Positions 61,086 through 64,000 of a stretch of DNA of 64,000 bases are shown piece by piece. Numbering within the stretch: the stretch's first letter is position 1; every line of letters starts with the position of its first letter. The DNA comes from Haliotis rufescens (taxonomy: Eukaryota), in NCBI RefSeq assembly GCF_023055435.1, contig NW_025963782.1, forward strand, positions 1-64,000, read 5' to 3'. The notes under the pieces were generated by a model, which saw only the letters and a list, made by a program, of their open reading frames with translations, had not been told where the DNA came from and searched no databases. Both the position numbers and the translations under genes were made by a program.

Positions 61086-62168
61086 CCCAATGGAGCCGAG
61101 GCCACCCGTAAAACCCTTAAAAACATATTATGTATATAATGTTGTTACAGCAGGTTACAAAAAGAATGTTCGTATTTAAAGCAATTAGATTAATCTTTGA
61201 AGAGATAAAAATCAGGTAAACATATATTAATGTTCAGGTCTCCATATTTCCTATAATCCCCGTCAGCATGTATTTACAACGTGTGGGCGATTGATAAAAT
61301 GTTACTTTTGGAACCAACTTGACCCGTGAAGATCCGGGTAGAGAATAGGTCTTCAGCAACCAATGTTTGCGGTAAAAGACGACTTTCCTTGTCGCCGTCA
61401 TGTAGCTGGAATATTGCTGAGTGCGGCGTTAAACAAAACACAAACAAACAAATAATTACGGTTAGGTAGTATTAAACTGAAAATGCCACTGAAAATATTG
61501 ATATGTTATCTATCACCTGTATTTTCCATGTTTTTTACTTGTATTTTGCAAATTGTATTCATCAGCTATCAATAGGGATCGCGAAACAAGCCTTTATTAA
61601 AGTCTAGTAAACCATACAAGCTCTGTAAATATACTATTGCAAATTAGTAAATACTGAGAAGAGGATTCTTTGAAAAGCGGATAGTAATCTTTAATAACTG
61701 ATAAGTAAACTGCACTAGTCTACGATAGACCACATGTACTAGTCTAGTTAGCAAATATTTACTTACTGATCGGTAAAATCTCGTAACAACCTTGAGTCTG
61801 ATTGGGCAGTGAATTTCGCTAAGTAACTTGGTAACTGTTTCTGTCAGTGAGTAGTTATTTGGAGAACGTTCATTGACACTCACTACACAGCAGGGGCGGT
61901 TTAATGATGTGACGGTGGCCAAGCAGCAATTATTCCAGATTATTCATTTTATATCAACATTCTATCGCGAACAATTCGCCGAAGTGAAGAGATAATTCGT
62001 CTGGAATCAAAAGATTCAGGCGACTTCATGGGCGGTGGGGTAGCCTAGTAGGCCTTCACTCGTCATATCGAAGACCCGGGTTCGATTCCCCACATAGATA
62101 CAATGTGTGAAGCCCATTCTGGTGTCCCCAGTCGTGATTTTGCTAAATATTGTTAAAAGCAGCGTAAA

Positions 62169-63145
62169 TAGAGGTTATCACGCGAGTGTGTTTGGGGATG
62201 GTAAATATCCTGCATTAGGAATACATAGTGTTTATTCCTAATACAAGATATTTACCATCCCCAAACACACAAGCGTGATAACCTCTTTATCATATAATGT
62301 CATTCTTTAATTCTGCGCTTCAAAATCGCTTTCCCTCTCACAAACATTACCGAAACATTGCGAGTTTCCCTGGAATGCGCGCATTAATATGTATTACGTC
62401 ACAGGGTAAGTGATGTGTCAGTCGGACAGTGACAGTAGCCAATATAGTTCCAACTGAAATCTGTTTCTTATACAGTGGCGAAGCAACATATACGCAAAAC
62501 AACAATTGTTTTTAATTGCCTTTCGCGGCAATCCATCGGTCTGTCCGCTAGAGTAACTGCCCTTTGTCAAAGGGAAGCTACTCTAACCCTAGTCTATGAG
62601 ACGTCACGGCCATGGTCAGACGTTGTTGGCAGTCGGTCTGTCCTGTCATAACGTTAAGAAGTGTAGTCAGATGTACACAGAGCGAAAAAACGAAACAAGG
62701 TAACAATTCAAACATATTTCGGCCAAATCCAACCATTTCAATTTGTGGAGAAGGTTTCAAGCCGCAGAGGTCTACCAGTCATGGCTACTGATCTCGCTTG
62801 GCTAGGCCTCGTGCCCTCGCAAAATTGTTTCGAAATTTATATCTCCGAAGTTGCCAAAACTTATAAAATGCCTTAGCTGCGTCACAGTAAGACACTGATT
62901 TTCAGTATATTAGACTGTCCTTTTGATAATGAAAGCAATTATCTCTGTAGTTTATCCAGATTCACGATGGTTAAATCTGACTCGATCGTCGAATGACGAG
63001 GGCGACGCCATGTTTGTTTATAAACAGGTAAAGTAGTCCCTACTTGACCTTTGATATTTGCATCTCTATCCGCATATGACCCCAACGGATATCGTTTTTA
63101 TCCGTTGGCTTTATCCTGCCGAGAAACCTACCCATTATATGATAA
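62169..63145. mobile_element. Same 1-kb element, unit 3 copy
   Basis: Near-identical to 52346-53322 with the same flanks. Confidence 0.88.
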
Positions 63146-64000
63146 AACCATATTCACTCACGCTCTGATTTAAACCATGTTTTGATTGAAACATAATTCC
63201 TCTATAATTTTGTATAAAGACATGTAGTTGCGTCAGTTTCAAAATGCACGTTCAGAATGACCCGTAAAAGCAGAATCAACTGCAAGAACAATGGCGTGAT
63301 GTCATCATAATAGATTAAGGAAAGGGTTTGTCGTTTTTATTTACACTTGAGTCATCAAACACCGATAACCAATCACAGTTCTCGTCGGTATGTGTTTAAG
63401 TGAATGTTTATGGTCATGTATGCTGCAGTGGCATCACAGTTTTCCAAGGATCTCTGTGCCTTAATTAGGTCTGTTTTGGGTGCGGTCGGTTTTGACGCGG
63501 CTTTGAACAATATTTCAAATACAATGTATACCCATTTGATTTTCAATGAGGTGTGTGTGTGTTGGGGGGTTGGGGGTGGGGGTTGGGGGTTGGGGGGTGG
63601 TGGTTGGTGGCCGGGGAGAGTTCTAATATAATAATCAAGCCCTTATTTTGCCGAAAATATGTATTGTGCCCTTTTCTTGAATAATCGAGAAAGAAATCAA
63701 AATCCACCCACCCCTCTTTGAAAATCAAATGGTTGCTCTCTAATAACTCAATATAAATCAGGATACTTCCAAAGTAGTCACGAATGTCGTTTCTCGCAAA
63801 TTATCATTCTCATTCTGTATTAGCAATTAATTCTCTTTTTTGGATCGCCTGTGTACAGTATTATTATGACCCTCGCCACCTTAGAGAGCCCAGCTTACCC
63901 CGCAACCTCAGGGAGCCCAGGTTCCCCCGCCACCTCAGGGAAGCCAAGGTTCCCCCGCCGCCCCAGCTTCCCCCGCTAACTCAGGGAGCCCAGGTTCACC

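Larger units (their letters stand above)
34555..64000. repeat. Tandem segmental array, unit about 9.8-10 kb, continuing past the window end
   Basis: Homologous anchors recur at 45896/55895, 49661/59489 (and 43251), 51821/61644 and 53581/63404. 34555-34890 matches 52250-52345 plus 53323-53570. The window ends inside the start of another GC-rich block B. Confidence 0.93.

Overview
Eukaryotic, intron-containing, SINE-rich animal DNA. It resembles a gastropod mollusc such as abalone, but that is an inference from gene and repeat style only. It has three N gaps. The left half holds the 3' end of an SGNH/PC-esterase-type (GDS...DxxH) gene (+), a spliced alpha-carbonic anhydrase (+, 6 exons traced, first exon not found) and a complete 12-exon oxalate:formate-antiporter-like MFS transporter (-, about 540 aa) with two intronic minisatellites. 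At 29.3-33.9 kb an inverted duplicate of the 5.9-10.7 kb region carries a CA pseudogene fragment and an expanded 59-bp minisatellite, and ends at a Tc1 fragment. From about 34.5 kb to the window end there is a tandem array of roughly 10-kb units. Each unit carries an intronless gene for a secreted protein with a signal peptide, long coiled coil, Thr/Pro linker and degenerate YWTD-like beta-propeller. Two copies are intact, one is frameshifted, one is a 3' remnant, and another unit starts at the window edge. Differences between copies cluster in predicted top-face propeller loops, and GC-rich 9/27-bp repeat blocks mark the rearrangement junctions. This array is the best candidate for an undescribed, diversifying recognition-protein system.
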